A stretch of DNA of 63,858 nucleotides, counting the filler. It is 5 parts of 5 records of this genome, joined end to end, with 100 filler letters (N's around TTAATTAATTAA, not from the genome) between each part and the next. Parts side by side here need not be neighbours in the genome. Positions count along the whole stretch, not along the records: positions 1 to 13,448 come from DRR723986_8670; positions 13,549 to 40,693 come from DRR723986_8680; 3 more parts are not named here. One strand, 5' to 3'. This document shows positions 11,772 through 22,086 of this stretch, piece by piece. Each line of letters starts with the position of its first letter. Position 1 is the first letter of the stretch. The notes under the pieces were generated by a model that made no database searches, had not been told where the DNA came from, and was given only the letters and a program-made list of their open reading frames with translations. The position numbers were made by a program, and so were the translations under genes.

Positions 11772-13001
11772 ATGCCGTTCAAGCCCAGTACAGTGTTCGC
11801 CCGCTTCGGTCCCGGGGTTTTGGTTACCGCCGCCTTCGTCGGCCCCGGCACCATCGCCACCGCCAGCAGCGCCGGTGCAAATTTCGGCTTCGCGCTGTTG
11901 TGGGCCCTGCTGTTCTCCATCCTCGCCACCCTGGTGTTGCAGGAAATGGCGGCGCGGCTCGGCCTGGTTACCCGGGCGGGCCTGGCCGAGGCGATGCGCA
12001 GCAGCTTCAACACGCAGTGGCTCGGTCGTCTGTCGGTCGTCCTGGTGGTCGCAGCAGTGGGCCTGGGTAACGCGGCCTATGAGGCCGGCAATATCGCCGG
12101 TGCCGCCCTGGCCCTGACCACGATCAGCGGGATTGGGTCGGGGACCTGGGCTCTGCTGATCGGCGCGGGCGCCGCGCTGCTGCTTGCCAGCGGTCACTAT
12201 CGATTGCTGGAGTCGGTGCTGGTTGTGCTGGTCCTGGTGATGAGCGGCGTCTTCATTGTGACCGCCCTGGTAGTGGCACCGCCCATCGGGGAGATTATTA
12301 CCGGGCTCACCATCCCGCGCCTGCCGGAAGGCTCGATGTTGACGGTCCTCGCGCTGATCGGCACCACGGTCGTGCCCTATAACCTGTTCCTGCACGCCAA
12401 TGCGGTTCGTGAAAAATGGTCGGCGGAGGTGCCTGTCGAGCGAGCCCTGCGTGAGTCCCGCTGGGACACCGGGCTCTCAATCGGCCTTGGCGGACTGATT
12501 ACCCTGGCGATCGTCAGCACCGCGGCCGCCGCCTTCTTCCAGAGCGGCACCGCATTCACCGGGCAGAGTCTGGGCTTGCAACTTGAGCCACTACTGGGCC
12601 CCTCCGCGCGCTACGTGTTCGCCGCCGGCCTGTTCGCCAGCGGCCTGACCAGCGCCATTACCGCGCCCCTGGCGGCCGCGTATGCGGTCTGCGGCGCCCT
12701 GGGGTGGTCTGTTGGGCTCCACGGCCGGCCATTTCGCCTGGTCTGGGCGACGGTACTGTTGACCGGCACCCTGTTCGCCGCGATGGAAACCAGACCCCTG
12801 GCTGCGATTCTCTTCGCCCAGGTAGCCAATGGCTTCCTGCTGCCCTTTGTCGCCGTATTCCTGCTGCTGGTGATGAACCGGCGCAGCCTGCTCGGGGACC
12901 AGGTGAACGGGTCAATAGCCAATCTGCTGGGTGGACTGGTGGTCATCATCGCGTTCGGCCTCGGACTGAGCAAACTGCTCAGTGTCACCGGCATGATCTA
13001 G
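11772..13001 (+). CDS. Nramp-family divalent metal transporter
   Basis: GPGVLVTAAFVGPGT, QEMAARLG and GTTVVPYNLFLH motifs, with multiple TM segments. Confidence 0.88.
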   Translation: MPFKPSTVFARFGPGVLVTAAFVGPGTIATASSAGANFGFALLWALLFSILATLVLQEMAARLGLVTRAGLAEAMRSSFNTQWLGRLSVVLVVAAVGLGNAAYEAGNIAGAALALTTISGIGSGTWALLIGAGAALLLASGHYRLLESVLVVLVLVMSGVFIVTALVVAPPIGEIITGLTIPRLPEGSMLTVLALIGTTVVPYNLFLHANAVREKWSAEVPVERALRESRWDTGLSIGLGGLITLAIVSTAAAAFFQSGTAFTGQSLGLQLEPLLGPSARYVFAAGLFASGLTSAITAPLAAAYAVCGALGWSVGLHGRPFRLVWATVLLTGTLFAAMETRPLAAILFAQVANGFLLPFVAVFLLLVMNRRSLLGDQVNGSIANLLGGLVVIIAFGLGLSKLLSVTGMI

Positions 13002-13339
13002 GCCTGCCTGCCACGATGCCACGGGGCAGGCCACCGGAGCCGCGGTTCCAGCGGCGGCTCACGATTTATCCCATCCATCGTTGACTTGATATAACTTTTG
13101 GCTATATGAGCCTGCCACACCTGAGATACGCGGCATTTTTTGCGGCTGGCCATCTCGAATAAGTTTGTGCAAAAAATTACAAAAAGTGCGTATCACCATG
13201 TTATCTATGAAGTTTCCTCCCAAAAACCTGCTAAGGTGTAACGAAACCTCGGTTTTTAGTTGACTCTTTGGGCAGAGCGACCAGAATCGATAAGAGACCT
13301 TTCACACTATAAGACCTACTTAGTAGCGGGCATAAGGGG

Positions 13340-13448
13340 ATGATAATGATCAATCGGGTTGCCAACCTTACCAGCCGACTCGCAGTCCTGTGCGCCTTCC
13401 TGTTCACCGTCGCAGCCTGCGGCGGTGGTGGTGGCGGCGGCGGTGGCG
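13340..13448 (+). CDS. N-terminus of a lipoprotein, truncated by contig end
   Basis: MIMINRVANLTSRLAVLCAFLFTVAA-CGGGGGGGG: signal peptide, lipobox Cys and poly-Gly. AGGGG RBS upstream. Not in the ORF track. Confidence 0.7.
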
Positions 13449-13548
13449 NNNNNNNNNNNNNNNNNNNNNNNNNNNNNNNNNNNNNNNNNNNNTTAATTAA
13501 TTAANNNNNNNNNNNNNNNNNNNNNNNNNNNNNNNNNNNNNNNNNNNN
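13449..13548. other. Artificial contig linker (N44-TTAATTAATTAA-N44)
   Basis: N runs around a six-frame stop sequence. Confidence 0.99.
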
Positions 13549-13777
13549 GACTAAGTCTCAAGTCTTGAGACTCACAGGATGTTAACTCACCGGGAGCCAG
13601 ACTGCGAAACCCAAGTAATCGTGAAGCAAAAACAGATATTCCACCAACAACCAGCCAGAGTGACTCAAACTCTTGTGCTCCAAGAGCTACCCACCATCTT
13701 TCACTCTCCCCTTCTTAACACCAACTCAAATTCTGCATTTATACCATACGCGCCCGCCCTGCACGCGATATAGACAC

Positions 13778-15007
13778 TCAGTCTATTCGCAGGGCCGCAT
13801 AACTGACTGCTGAAGCACGTTCGCGCTCATCCCACATCTGATAGTCAAGGAGTGTGGCGCTCTGCGGGTTTAACATTTGCATCAGAGTGTATATCGGTGA
13901 AAGACCGCAGATACGGCGCTTGTCATCGACTGCGGAGACGAGACGGAAAAAACGGTCTGAGTCGCCGGCGCGGATCGCTTCGATTAAAGCCCGATCTTCT
14001 TCGCGGAGCTGCGTGAACTGTGTGTGTGCATCAAAACTATCACCAAACTTACGGCCGATATGCGCAAAATCAACGCTGGCAACGTAGACCACGTTAAGCC
14101 CGGAATCATCGAGGACTGATTTTAAGGTGTCGACAAATTCCACAAATCGTGCGCTGTCGCGTGGGAGGCTGCGGGCCCGAACAAACTCGTAAAACGATCC
14201 GATCAGGAGCGGCAGAACACGCGGACAGCGATCCCCATACAGTCTCTGGATGAATGGAATGTGAAATTCGATTGAATGTTCGATGCGATGTGCGCGTTCT
14301 TCGCGGCAGAGGTCAAAACCTAAACGACTGTCGAGTTCTTGCCAGATGTCACGTGCTGTTTCGACCTGGCCCAGTGGCGTCTCCAGGTCCTTAAACAAGG
14401 GCATAAACCAGTCGTCACGACCGTAATGTGACGTCGCCAGCACAACAACAAGGTCGGGAGTAGCATGTGCTATTGACTGATATGCCGGGGCATAGGTGGC
14501 GGCACCAATTTTTAAATCGATATGCGGTGCAATGACAGCACTGGATGTTTGTGCCGGCACCGGGCCTGCGGAGGAATTCTGTTTAAGTAAGTCATCGACG
14601 AACTGTTTAAGTTCGGCGGCTGAATCCGGATATGAAGATCCCGCGTGAAATGCGGGACGCACAGTGGCAGCTACAAATTCGCGGTCAACCTCTTGGCGGC
14701 GCACCTCGAAATTGTTGTTTAACAACATGGCGTTATCATCCAACAATTGCAGGGCCTTGCGCAGTTCAGTACTTGCACTCTGGTGACCTGCGGCGCCTTC
14801 CAAATGACCTGCGCGCTCAAGATCCTGCAGACTGCGCTGCCCGTTCAGGAGTTCAAAACGTTGGAATGAACACGGCAGTGAGATGATCCGCTCGGGCGCG
14901 TAGCCCTGTGTGTCATAAGCCAGCAATTGCTCAAAAGGCCCCTGCTTCCACGGAAATATTTGGACTTCGGGACGCAGGGGAGCAATTGGACTTAAGGGAT
15001 CGAGCAT
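13778..15007 (-). CDS. MEMO1-family protein (AmmeMemoRadiSam system protein B) with N-terminal extension
   Basis: RPAFHAGSSYP, IAPHID, EHSIEFH, SVDFAHIG, ICG and VSYA motifs. Confidence 0.85.
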   Translation of the reverse strand: MLDPLSPIAPLRPEVQIFPWKQGPFEQLLAYDTQGYAPERIISLPCSFQRFELLNGQRSLQDLERAGHLEGAAGHQSASTELRKALQLLDDNAMLLNNNFEVRRQEVDREFVAATVRPAFHAGSSYPDSAAELKQFVDDLLKQNSSAGPVPAQTSSAVIAPHIDLKIGAATYAPAYQSIAHATPDLVVVLATSHYGRDDWFMPLFKDLETPLGQVETARDIWQELDSRLGFDLCREERAHRIEHSIEFHIPFIQRLYGDRCPRVLPLLIGSFYEFVRARSLPRDSARFVEFVDTLKSVLDDSGLNVVYVASVDFAHIGRKFGDSFDAHTQFTQLREEDRALIEAIRAGDSDRFFRLVSAVDDKRRICGLSPIYTLMQMLNPQSATLLDYQMWDERERASAVSYAALRID

Positions 15008-15028
15008 GTAAATGTTTAATCGGTCAAC

Positions 15029-16186
15029 TTAGTTGAGTGTGGGGTCATCAACACTTGTGTGGTCATCATTAGACGGGTTGGCATTTGATGAATCTTCGCT
15101 GGACTGCTCTGCATCGTCTTCACGTTCTTCGGAGCCGAAGAGCGCATCGGCAAAGTTGCGCGAATCGAAGTGTTGGAGATCTGCAATCTGTTCGCCGACG
15201 CCGATGTAGCGAACCGGGATCTTAAATTCGTTGGCAATTGCGATGACGACACCACCTTTGGCGGTACCATCGAGTTTGGTGAGCACCAGGCCGGTGATCG
15301 GTACAACTTTCATGAATTCGCGCGCCTGCTGAATCGCATTCTGACCGGTTGTAGCGTCAAGCACCAGGAAGACTTCGTCGGGCGCAGTTTCCTTGAGTTT
15401 TTTCATGACGCGACCGATTTTCTCAAGCTCTTTCATGAGCTCAACTTTGTTGTGCAGGCGGCCGGCGGTATCAATAATTACCACGTCAGCATCGCGGGAC
15501 TGGGCTGCCTGTACCGTATCGTAAGCAACAGCAGCGGGATCAGCGCCATGGTGTTGTTTGATGATGTCAACACCGGCACGTTCGGCCCAAACTTCCAGTT
15601 GTTCGTTGGCGGCGGCACGGTAGGTATCGGCAGCGCCGATGACGACGTTTTTACCGCCTTCACGGTAGTTGTGTGCCAGCTTGCCGATGCTGGTGGTTTT
15701 ACCAACACCGTTTACGCCGACGACCATGATGACGTGCGGACGGCCTTCGGGCGGTACGCTAAACGTACGATCGAGTTCGCTGGAGGGGGACTTGATCAGG
15801 ATCTCGGAGATTTCTTGTTTGATGATCTCGTAGAGTTTACCCGAGTCTTCGATATGTTCTTTGCGCACCTTGCGGCGCACATTATCGATGATTTCTGTTG
15901 TTGTTTTGACACCGATATCGGCAGTGATCAGAATTTCTTCGATTTCTTCAAGCAGGTTGTCATCAATCTTACGGCCGGCGCCGAGGACGCGCGTGAGGCG
16001 ATTGACCAGACCTGAGCGGGTTTTAGACAGGCCTTCTTTAAGGCGATCGAGCTTAAGGGCTTTTTTGGCACCGGCGGCTACGTTAGAGATCTTCTCGGAT
16101 GCTTTCTCCTTAGCCGATGAGACCTTCTCTTTAGCCGACTCTTTGGCTGTCGAGACCTTCTTTTTGATCTTGTCGAAGAAACCCAT
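15029..16186 (-). CDS. ftsY: Signal recognition particle receptor
   Basis: GVNGVGKTT, DTAGRL, DATTGQNA and TKLDGTAKGG motifs. Start at MGFFDK. Confidence 0.96.
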   Translation of the reverse strand: MGFFDKIKKKVSTAKESAKEKVSSAKEKASEKISNVAAGAKKALKLDRLKEGLSKTRSGLVNRLTRVLGAGRKIDDNLLEEIEEILITADIGVKTTTEIIDNVRRKVRKEHIEDSGKLYEIIKQEISEILIKSPSSELDRTFSVPPEGRPHVIMVVGVNGVGKTTSIGKLAHNYREGGKNVVIGAADTYRAAANEQLEVWAERAGVDIIKQHHGADPAAVAYDTVQAAQSRDADVVIIDTAGRLHNKVELMKELEKIGRVMKKLKETAPDEVFLVLDATTGQNAIQQAREFMKVVPITGLVLTKLDGTAKGGVVIAIANEFKIPVRYIGVGEQIADLQHFDSRNFADALFGSEEREDDAEQSSEDSSNANPSNDDHTSVDDPTLN

Positions 16187-16280
16187 GTATTGACTCCACA
16201 ACTAACTGTATGATGAAGCGAGCGGTGCTCACGAATGTGCAAAGACTCCAGACGAATTCAGGGCATCATAATTTCCCCGC

Positions 16281-16808
16281 TCATAGCGAGGACGATTTTA
16301 GCTTCAATTGTTGACGCATTCGCCAGCCATAGACGCCGAGCGATGCAAGCATAAGCAATATGGCCAGCATTTGCGCAGCCATTGTCATCCAGGGCGCAGC
16401 CCCAAGTACAATCATTACCAAACTAACACCAATAGCCACGACGGCGGCTTTGCCAGTGTAATTTGAGGGAGGGACAACTTCCAGACGGCGACTGAGGTAC
16501 ACTCCGGCCAGCAGAATCAGTACGTCGCGCGCAAGAATCGCACCGGCGAACCACCAGGCCACACTACCTTTAAGCAGCAGGACCACTACGGCGGATCCCA
16601 CAAAAATTTTGTCTGCGAGCGGATCGACAATTTTACCGAGTTCGCTGATTTCATTGCGACGGCGCGCTACATACCCGTCGGCGATATCCGTGAGGTAGGC
16701 CACAATTCCAATGCCGATAGCCCAGATTGCCATGTCGTTCCAGAGAGCCCAGGCCATGGGTGGAACGAGAAGCAGGCGCGAGAAGCTGATGAAGTTTGAG
16801 ACTGTCAT
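16281..16808 (-). CDS. CDP-alcohol phosphatidyltransferase (PgsA-like)
   Basis: TDIADGYVARR...LGKIVDPLADK signature. Confidence 0.9.
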   Translation of the reverse strand: MTVSNFISFSRLLLVPPMAWALWNDMAIWAIGIGIVAYLTDIADGYVARRRNEISELGKIVDPLADKIFVGSAVVVLLLKGSVAWWFAGAILARDVLILLAGVYLSRRLEVVPPSNYTGKAAVVAIGVSLVMIVLGAAPWMTMAAQMLAILLMLASLGVYGWRMRQQLKLKSSSL

Positions 16809-18277
16809 GTATCAATTGTTCCAGTCTGGTTGCGATTTCCAGCGGCAGACAGGTTTAGTGAACGGCGCTGAATTCCAATGCTTAGAATTATGATTGCCAC
16901 GAGCAGACCGGGATACATTGGTTCGATTTGCGACATCCAGGGCAGGTCAGCCAGATAGGGCAGCACAATCCAGATCAATGACGTACCGGAGGCCAGAAGC
17001 ATTAGAACGGCGGCAAATCCATCCCTGAGCGTCCAGCGCGTGCTAAAACTGAGGAGTAGAGGGAACAGCAGGCCGGGAATCGCCACGGAACCCGTCAGGT
17101 ATAACAAACTTACGACTGAATTGCCGAGTAAGGCCAAACCGACCGCCAAAACGGCAGCGATTGCAATGCCGATGCGGCTCAGGATCGTGGCCGCCTGAGC
17201 GTCTGTTCGCGGAGCGGCACCCAACAAAAATCGCCCAAGACGCGTGGAATGCAAAATGTCGTTGCCAATCGTCACACCGCTGATAAAACCGAGACTGTCG
17301 AGTGTTGACATGACGGTCGAGAGCAGACCAACCACAAAAATACCTTTGATCACTGACGGCAGAACCGCGTCGCCGAGGAGCGGCAATGAAGAGAGCGGGT
17401 CGTCGGTAGCAATGTAGGCGCGGGCGTAGAGACCACAAATCAGTACGAGACTGTCAAAGACGACCCAGAAACCCATGGAAACAAAAATCCCATTGCGCGC
17501 AACTTTGCCGCTGACGGCAGCGGCACAACGCTGGTGGTAGGTTGGGTCAATAAACGTAAACAGAGCCAACATGTACCAGACCAGCAAATATTGCCATGAG
17601 AAACCACCGCTGGGATCGAGATGCGAAGATGGCAGCGCCGCAAGCATTTGCTCGGGCGAACCAAAATAGTCGAGTGTGAAGTAGAGTAGAAATGCAAAAC
17701 CGAGGTACATGAGTGTGAACTGCAGAACATCGGTATACACGCCGCCGCGCAAGCCGCCAACCAGCAAATAGCTCAGCGAAAACAGGGCGGCAAGGACGAT
17801 GCAGATAGAACGATCCCAGCCGGAGATCAGCTCTACCAGAACGCCAACGGTCAGGACATAACTGGCGGGAATCGTGATGATCAGGATCAAAAAGGAGGCG
17901 ACACGTGCGGAGCCGGTGCCATGCCGCGACTTTATCTGCTCCGGAATTGTGAGCCCGGTGGAGGCGCGCACACGTTTGGCCAGGAAAAGCGCAAACAAGA
18001 AGGAGCTGATGTAATAGGGCAGCATAAAACATACCCAGGCCACAATGCCACCGGTGTAAATGAATTCACCAACCCCGAGGATTGCACCGTAGAATGTAGC
18101 TACGAGTGTCATGACAAACAGCGGCATGGTCAGTCGCCGTCCGGCAAGGATGAACTCGGTGCGTGAGTCGCCCGAATCGGCGGCTTTATTGCGGCGGCGC
18201 GCCACGATGAAACCGGCCAGCTGGATAGCTACAAAGTAGAGCGCAATTACGATGAGATCGGCTGAACTGAGGTTCAC
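16805..18277 (-). CDS. Sodium:solute symporter family protein
   Basis: FILAGR, GGLRGGVYTDVLQ, QR..AA and STVMSTLDS motifs, with about 13 TM segments. Confidence 0.88.
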   Translation of the reverse strand: MNLSSADLIVIALYFVAIQLAGFIVARRRNKAADSGDSRTEFILAGRRLTMPLFVMTLVATFYGAILGVGEFIYTGGIVAWVCFMLPYYISSFLFALFLAKRVRASTGLTIPEQIKSRHGTGSARVASFLILIITIPASYVLTVGVLVELISGWDRSICIVLAALFSLSYLLVGGLRGGVYTDVLQFTLMYLGFAFLLYFTLDYFGSPEQMLAALPSSHLDPSGGFSWQYLLVWYMLALFTFIDPTYHQRCAAAVSGKVARNGIFVSMGFWVVFDSLVLICGLYARAYIATDDPLSSLPLLGDAVLPSVIKGIFVVGLLSTVMSTLDSLGFISGVTIGNDILHSTRLGRFLLGAAPRTDAQAATILSRIGIAIAAVLAVGLALLGNSVVSLLYLTGSVAIPGLLFPLLLSFSTRWTLRDGFAAVLMLLASGTSLIWIVLPYLADLPWMSQIEPMYPGLLVAIIILSIGIQRRSLNLSAAGNRNQTGTIDT

Positions 18278-18345
18278 TATTGGACCTTGATTGGACCTTG
18301 CGATTGGGCCGGTTTAGAGAAAGGAGCTTAAGACTCCCCCACCTG

Positions 18346-18384
18346 AAAAACAAAACCCCACGGCGGAATGCCGTGAGGTTTATT
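18346..18384 (-). terminator. Intrinsic terminator downstream of the epimerase gene
   Basis: Minus strand AAACCTCACGGC-ATTCC-GCCGTGGGGTTT followed by TGTTTTT. Confidence 0.65.
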
Positions 18385-18479
18385 CAATCAACTGATCAAT
18401 CAATTGACGTCCGGGCGGCGTGCCTCAAGCTGAATTGCAGCCGGTGTGACACCCAGGACTCAAACGCACACTCGCGGGC

Positions 18480-19403
18480 TTAGGACTGTTCCTTGAACCA
18501 TTCGATCGTGCGGATCAGGCCTTTTTCCAGATTAGTTTCCGGTTTCCAGCCGAGGGCTTTGAGCAGTTTGCGGTTTGAGCAAACGCTGCGGTCCTGCTCG
18601 CCATCCTGCGCGGGGCCGTAGGTTTCTTCAGCATCCGCCATTCCCATGCGGTATTTGAGGATGCGGAAGATGGTATTGACACTGTGCTCTTCGCTGGTTG
18701 AGCAGTTGTAAATACCTTTGGCTTTTTCATCCAGCGCCAGAACGTTCGCACGCACAACGTCATCAACGAAGTTGTAGTCGCGTGTTTGTGTACCGTCGCC
18801 AAAGATGACTGGGGTTTCGCCGGCCATCATTTTGCTGATGAAAATCGCGACTACTCCGGCTTCACCTTTTGGATTCTGGCGTGGGCCATAGACGTTGGTG
18901 TAGCGGAAGATGACGTGTTCGATATCGTGAACGGTCTTGTAATAGACCAGATATTTCTCATTGGCGAGCTTGGAAACGCCGTAGGGCGAGCAAGGACGCT
19001 TGGGATGGCGCTCATCGGCCGGGAAGTATTTCTGTTCGCCGTAGATGGCGCCGCCCGTGGATGAGAAGATGATCTTTTTGACGCCGGTTTCGCGCGCGGC
19101 TTCATAGAGATTGATCCCGCCAATCACGTTTACCTGGGCATCGAAGCCCGGTTCTTTGACTGACTCGCGCACATTTGCCTGTGCGGCATGATGGCTCAGA
19201 ATATCAAATCGCTCTTCCTCAAAGATTTCGGGAATCTCTGGGTCGGTAATATCGATTTCGATAAACTTGGCTTTGGGGTTGACGTTTTCCTTGAGGCCGG
19301 TTGAGAGGTTGTCGATCACAACAACGTCATGGCCCTCTTCGATATAGGCATCGACGATATGCGAGCCAATAAAACCGGCGCCTCCGGTAACAGCGATTTT
19401 CAT
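18480..19403 (-). CDS. NAD-dependent epimerase/dehydratase (UDP-glucose 4-epimerase-like)
   Basis: TGGAGFIGS, YGVSK and NVYGPRQ motifs. Confidence 0.92.
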   Translation of the reverse strand: MKIAVTGGAGFIGSHIVDAYIEEGHDVVVIDNLSTGLKENVNPKAKFIEIDITDPEIPEIFEEERFDILSHHAAQANVRESVKEPGFDAQVNVIGGINLYEAARETGVKKIIFSSTGGAIYGEQKYFPADERHPKRPCSPYGVSKLANEKYLVYYKTVHDIEHVIFRYTNVYGPRQNPKGEAGVVAIFISKMMAGETPVIFGDGTQTRDYNFVDDVVRANVLALDEKAKGIYNCSTSEEHSVNTIFRILKYRMGMADAEETYGPAQDGEQDRSVCSNRKLLKALGWKPETNLEKGLIRTIEWFKEQS

Positions 19404-19841
19404 AATCCAGCCTTACTCCATTTGCATTACTGAATAGACTGTGTGCAGGTGCAACCGTGTTTTATACACTGCCGCCCCTAAAAGTTCACCAGCGCGGCAC
19501 TCTCCCTCTGGGAGTTTTCCGCGTTGATATGCACACTCTGATTGCCGGATACGGCGCACTGTCTTGCGCGCGATTAAGCGGTATACGACTTTAACAACCG
19601 CCCGGCCTTGCAGTCCATGCCGTTTGCAATTCTATTGGAGTCGGGTTCATGTGGCCAGGTACTCTGCGGCCGCGGTGGGTGAACCAAATCGACCAAATCG
19701 CAAGACGACACGGCGATGAATTTAGCTACTGCAATTTTCAATATACGGCTATGTACGCACATAGCCAGCGCTTGATGCCGTCCGCACTGCTGCAGGGCAT
19801 GCGGCAGAATGGTTCGGCACAAACTGAATAGTCTTGAGACT

Positions 19842-21164
19842 TTAGTCTTTCTGGAGCGCACGACGGGCGATGTCACGACGGAACATCACGTTTTTGAAGC
19901 CGACTGCCTGTACGTTTGCATAGGCCGCCGTCACCGCTTCCCTAAGTGAAGCAGCCTGCCCGCAGATTGCCAGGACACGTCCGCCATTTGTCAGCAAGGT
20001 GCCGCTTTCGTCGCGGCGCGTTCCGGCGTGATAGACCATGTCATCCGCCACGTTTTCGAGGCCAGTGATTTCCAGGCCTTTTTCGTATGCGCCGGGATAT
20101 CCACCTGAGGCCAGCACAACACAGCAGCGGTGCTCGTCGGCCGTGGCTTCAGCAGCTGATTTGTCCAGCTTGCCGTTTGCGGCACTCAGTAGCAGGCGAG
20201 CAAAGTCGCCGCGGAACAGGTCCAGGATTACCTGGGCCTCCGGATCGCCCAGGCGCACATTAAATTCGACGACGGCAACTGCGCCGGCGGCGTCGATCAT
20301 AAGGCCACAGAAGAGGCAACCGATAAACGGCGTGCCTTCAGTCTGCATGCCGCGCAGGACGGGTTCAATTACTTCGGTTTCGATGCGGCGCAGAACTTCG
20401 GGCGTCACAACCGGTGCCGGAGCGTAGGTCCCCATGCCGCCGGTATTCGGCCCTTTGTCATCGTCAAACGCACGTTTGTGATCCTGCGCAGGCGCAAGTG
20501 TAACGTAGTCTTTACCGTCGCAGATTGCGAAGACCGAGGCTTCCTGACCTTCCAGAAAATCTTCGACAACAACGGTAGCGCCGGCAGCGCCAAAGCGACC
20601 GTCAAAAAACTCATCGATTGCGAGCAGGGCGGCATCTGTGTCTTCGCAGATGACAACACCTTTACCGGCGGCGAGCCCGTCGGCTTTCAGGACAACTTTA
20701 CCGCTTAGGGTTTGCAGGTAGGCGTGTGCGGCTTCGCGTTCGGCGTCAGTAAAAACGCGGTAGGCGGCGGTGGGCACGCCGTAGCGCTGCATAATTTCTT
20801 TGCTGAATTTCTTGGAGGCCTCCAGTTGCGCGGCGGCCTGCGATGGACCAAAAACGGCAACGCCGGCGGCGCGCAGGGCGTCACTCAAACCTTCGGCCAA
20901 GGGCTGCTCGGGACCAACAACGACCAGGTTAATCGCATGTGTGCGGCAGTATTCAACGGCTGCGGCATGATCACTCATGTTAACATTTACGGCTACCTGT
21001 GCGAGAGCGTCGATGCCCGGATTGCCCGCTGCGGCATGTAATTCAAGTGTGGCAGGCGAGCGATGCAGCGCCCGTGCCAATGCATGTTCGCGGCCACCAG
21101 ATCCAACCAGAACTACACGCATGACATCAGATGTTTGAGCAGATGAATTCGGAGAAGTTTGCAT
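19842..21164 (-). CDS. purD: Phosphoribosylamine--glycine ligase
   Basis: [28 protein letters not shown] and [10 protein letters not shown] motifs. Confidence 0.96.
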   Translation of the reverse strand: MQTSPNSSAQTSDVMRVVLVGSGGREHALARALHRSPATLELHAAAGNPGIDALAQVAVNVNMSDHAAAVEYCRTHAINLVVVGPEQPLAEGLSDALRAAGVAVFGPSQAAAQLEASKKFSKEIMQRYGVPTAAYRVFTDAEREAAHAYLQTLSGKVVLKADGLAAGKGVVICEDTDAALLAIDEFFDGRFGAAGATVVVEDFLEGQEASVFAICDGKDYVTLAPAQDHKRAFDDDKGPNTGGMGTYAPAPVVTPEVLRRIETEVIEPVLRGMQTEGTPFIGCLFCGLMIDAAGAVAVVEFNVRLGDPEAQVILDLFRGDFARLLLSAANGKLDKSAAEATADEHRCCVVLASGGYPGAYEKGLEITGLENVADDMVYHAGTRRDESGTLLTNGGRVLAICGQAASLREAVTAAYANVQAVGFKNVMFRRDIARRALQKD

Positions 21165-21303
21165 ATCGGATCGTTTGGGTTTTACCTGCAGGGAAATCGC
21201 GATTGACTGTTCAGGAGAAATTGTTTAATAAATTTTCATTAGTGTCGCCGGCAGCGCTTAAATGCTCGCCCTCAAACTTTCGGCGACGCTCGCAGCGACA
21301 AAC

Positions 21304-22035
21304 TTACCAGGGAAGCTCCACGCCCTGATAGTCAAAAAAGCGTCCGTTGTGCGTTGCCGATGTAGAATTAACAACTACATCCACAATTCCGGCGGCGGAC
21401 TCAGCTACGGGCAGAGTCGCCTGCGCACCACCCATGTCAGTTTGGGCCCAGCCCGGATGGATTGCGACTGTGACAACACCATCTTTTTCGAGTTCGAGCG
21501 ACATGCCGCGCACCAATTGATTCAGCGCCGCCTTGGAAATACGATAAGACAAGGACCCTGGACGTTTGTTTAAGCTGATCGAGCCCATGATGCTCGAAAT
21601 GTTAATCAACTTCTTTTGGGATCCACTGCGCAGAAGCGGCAGAAACCTCTGGGTCGTCAGCAGCGGACCGTAGAGATTAACATCAATATTAAACTGCAGA
21701 CCATCAATGTCAACATCCTGCAGCCCACCTTCATTGCGGTTAAGCACTCCGGCATTGTTAATCAGGACGTCCAGGCCGTCGATGCGCTTACCAACTTCGG
21801 CAGCCATGGCATTCAGACTGTTTGCATCGGTCACATCACAGACTAAGGCGATTACATCGTCGGGCGCAGCGGCCTGCAAAGCCAGCAACTCCTGGGCGCG
21901 GTTTGCATCGCGATAACCACCGATACAGCGATATCCGCGCTGCTGAAAATTCTTTAACAGCTCAAGGCCCACACCACGATTGGCACCGGTTATCAGAACT
22001 GTCGGCTTGCTTGTATTAATGGTATTTTTTGACAT
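21304..22035 (-). CDS. Short-chain dehydrogenase (CsgA/C-factor-like)
   Basis: TGANRGVG, NNAG, YRISKAALN and HPGWAQTDMGG motifs. Confidence 0.9.
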   Translation of the reverse strand: MSKNTINTSKPTVLITGANRGVGLELLKNFQQRGYRCIGGYRDANRAQELLALQAAAPDDVIALVCDVTDANSLNAMAAEVGKRIDGLDVLINNAGVLNRNEGGLQDVDIDGLQFNIDVNLYGPLLTTQRFLPLLRSGSQKKLINISSIMGSISLNKRPGSLSYRISKAALNQLVRGMSLELEKDGVVTVAIHPGWAQTDMGGAQATLPVAESAAGIVDVVVNSTSATHNGRFFDYQGVELPW

Positions 22036-22086
22036 GATTTTTTTGTTTATCTCCGGGTCGTCAATGAGAATCCATTGAGAAAGCGT

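Noticed and set aside
10803-12395. 530-aa ORF
   Set aside because: The N-terminal half is antisense shadow of the Nramp gene. Only the GT2 part is credible.
13449-13548. TTAATTAATTAA repeated four times in the window (also at 40694, 51295, 58727)
   Set aside because: Artificial six-frame-stop contig linker flanked by N runs. Excluded from the TTAA counts.
13778-15007. MEMO1 gene without AMMECR1 or radical SAM partners
   Set aside because: The partners are often unlinked and the contig ends nearby, so their absence is uninformative.
18278-18479. Possible TPP or other riboswitch upstream of the SSS transporter
   Set aside because: No CTGAGA / CCTGAT...TAATGCC-type TPP consensus on the minus strand. 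Only a terminator and short repeats are present.
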